This document shows, in pieces, positions 63,300 through 64,000 of a stretch of 64,000 bases of DNA. The DNA lies in contig NC_043020.1 of the NCBI RefSeq assembly GCF_006345805.1, positions 29,760,001 through 29,824,000 on the forward strand. Reading direction: 5' to 3'. The notes below the pieces were generated by a model. It saw only the letters and a program-made list of their open reading frames with translations, was not told where the DNA came from and ran no database searches. Position 1 is the stretch's first letter. Each line of letters opens with the position of its first letter. The position numbers and the translations under genes are program-made. This DNA is from Octopus sinensis. Its lineage: Eukaryota.

Positions 63300-63613
63300 A
63301 GTTAGTTATTTTTTTGGCTCAAAAAGCAAGGCCATGTAGGGGGACATGGAGTTATGTACAGGGTGGTGTTCATGTAAAGAGTTCAGGCCACTTGTGGTCA
63401 AAGGAGACTTTGTACCGAGCGGTCGTCGGCATCTTCACCATCTCGTCCGGCAGCTTATTCCACGGATCCGCAACCCGGACAGAGAAAGCCCCTCTCCTTC
63501 GATTGAGATGAAATCATCGCAGATAGAGCTTTTCGGAATGACCCCGCAGCCGACGCTCTGGAGCAGGAATGAAGAACAGCTCCTTCGAGAGGTTACACTT
63601 TCCGCTTATGATG
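63300..63613 (-). mobile_element. CR1/L2-type LINE RT C-terminal fragment
   Basis: Minus strand reads IISGKCNLSKELFFIPAPERRLRGHSEKLYLR*FHLNRRRGAFSVRVADPWNKLPDEMVKMPTTARYKVSFDHKWPELFT*, the RGHS.KL...FS.RV...WN.LP motif. One in-frame stop at 63514-63516. Confidence 0.85.
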
Positions 63614-63648
63614 TTGTGATATGATGTTTTGATATGTATGTAAATATA

Positions 63649-63986
63649 TCATCATCATCATCGTTTAACGTCCGTTCTCCATGCTAGCATGGGTTGGACG
63701 GTTCGACCGGGGATCTGGGAAGCCAGAAGGCTGCACCAGGCTCCGGTCTTATCTGGCAATGTTTCTACAGCTGGATGCCCTTCCTAATGCCAACCACTCC
63801 GTGAGTGTAGTGGGTGCTTTTTATGTGCCTCCTGCACTGGTGCCAGGCGAGGCTGGCATCGGCCACGGTCGGATTGGTGCATTTTACGTGCCACCTGCAC
63901 GGAAGCCAGTCGAGGCGGCACTGGCTTCGGCCACGATTCGGTTGGTGCTTTTTACGTGCCACCGACACGGAAGCCAGTCGAGGCGA
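63649..63986 (-). mobile_element. RTE-like LINE 3' UTR copy with repeated subunits
   Basis: (CAT)n gtttaacgtccg..., then repeated ttttacgtgccacc..cacggaagccagtcgaggcgg units. Confidence 0.82.
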
Positions 63987-64000
63987 TATATATATATTTA

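Overview
AT-rich, repeat-dense animal genomic DNA. The repeat families and microsatellite load look like a coleoid cephalopod, probably Octopus (inference). The window is dominated by one + strand gene of the dihydropyrimidinase/CRMP (DPYS/DPYSL) amidohydrolase family. I traced 15 coding exons by hand from 1729 to 58124, all GT-AG and all phase-compatible. Using one of the two alternative exons, the spliced CDS is 1704 nt (567 aa plus stop); the start-codon exon was not found and probably lies upstream of the window. Main finding: two paralogous 121-nt exons (27685-27805 and 29894-30014) must be mutually exclusive. One keeps the Zn-ligand His ([10 protein letters not shown], dihydropyrimidinase type) and the other replaces it with Lys ([14 protein letters not shown] type), so one gene can switch between an enzyme and a likely catalytically dead neuronal CRMP-like protein. 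The 18.6-kb last intron holds several speculative micro-exons or alternative terminal exons that would truncate or swap the C-terminal tail. The introns carry RTE and CR1-type LINE remnants, tRNA-headed SINEs, a Penelope-like GIY-YIG fragment, mariner/Tc1 fragments, hAT-, Tigger- and piggyBac-like MITEs, hammerhead-ribozyme-like motifs, long hairpins and minisatellites. Most ORFs in the supplied track are spurious. Repeat boundaries are approximate and no database search was run.
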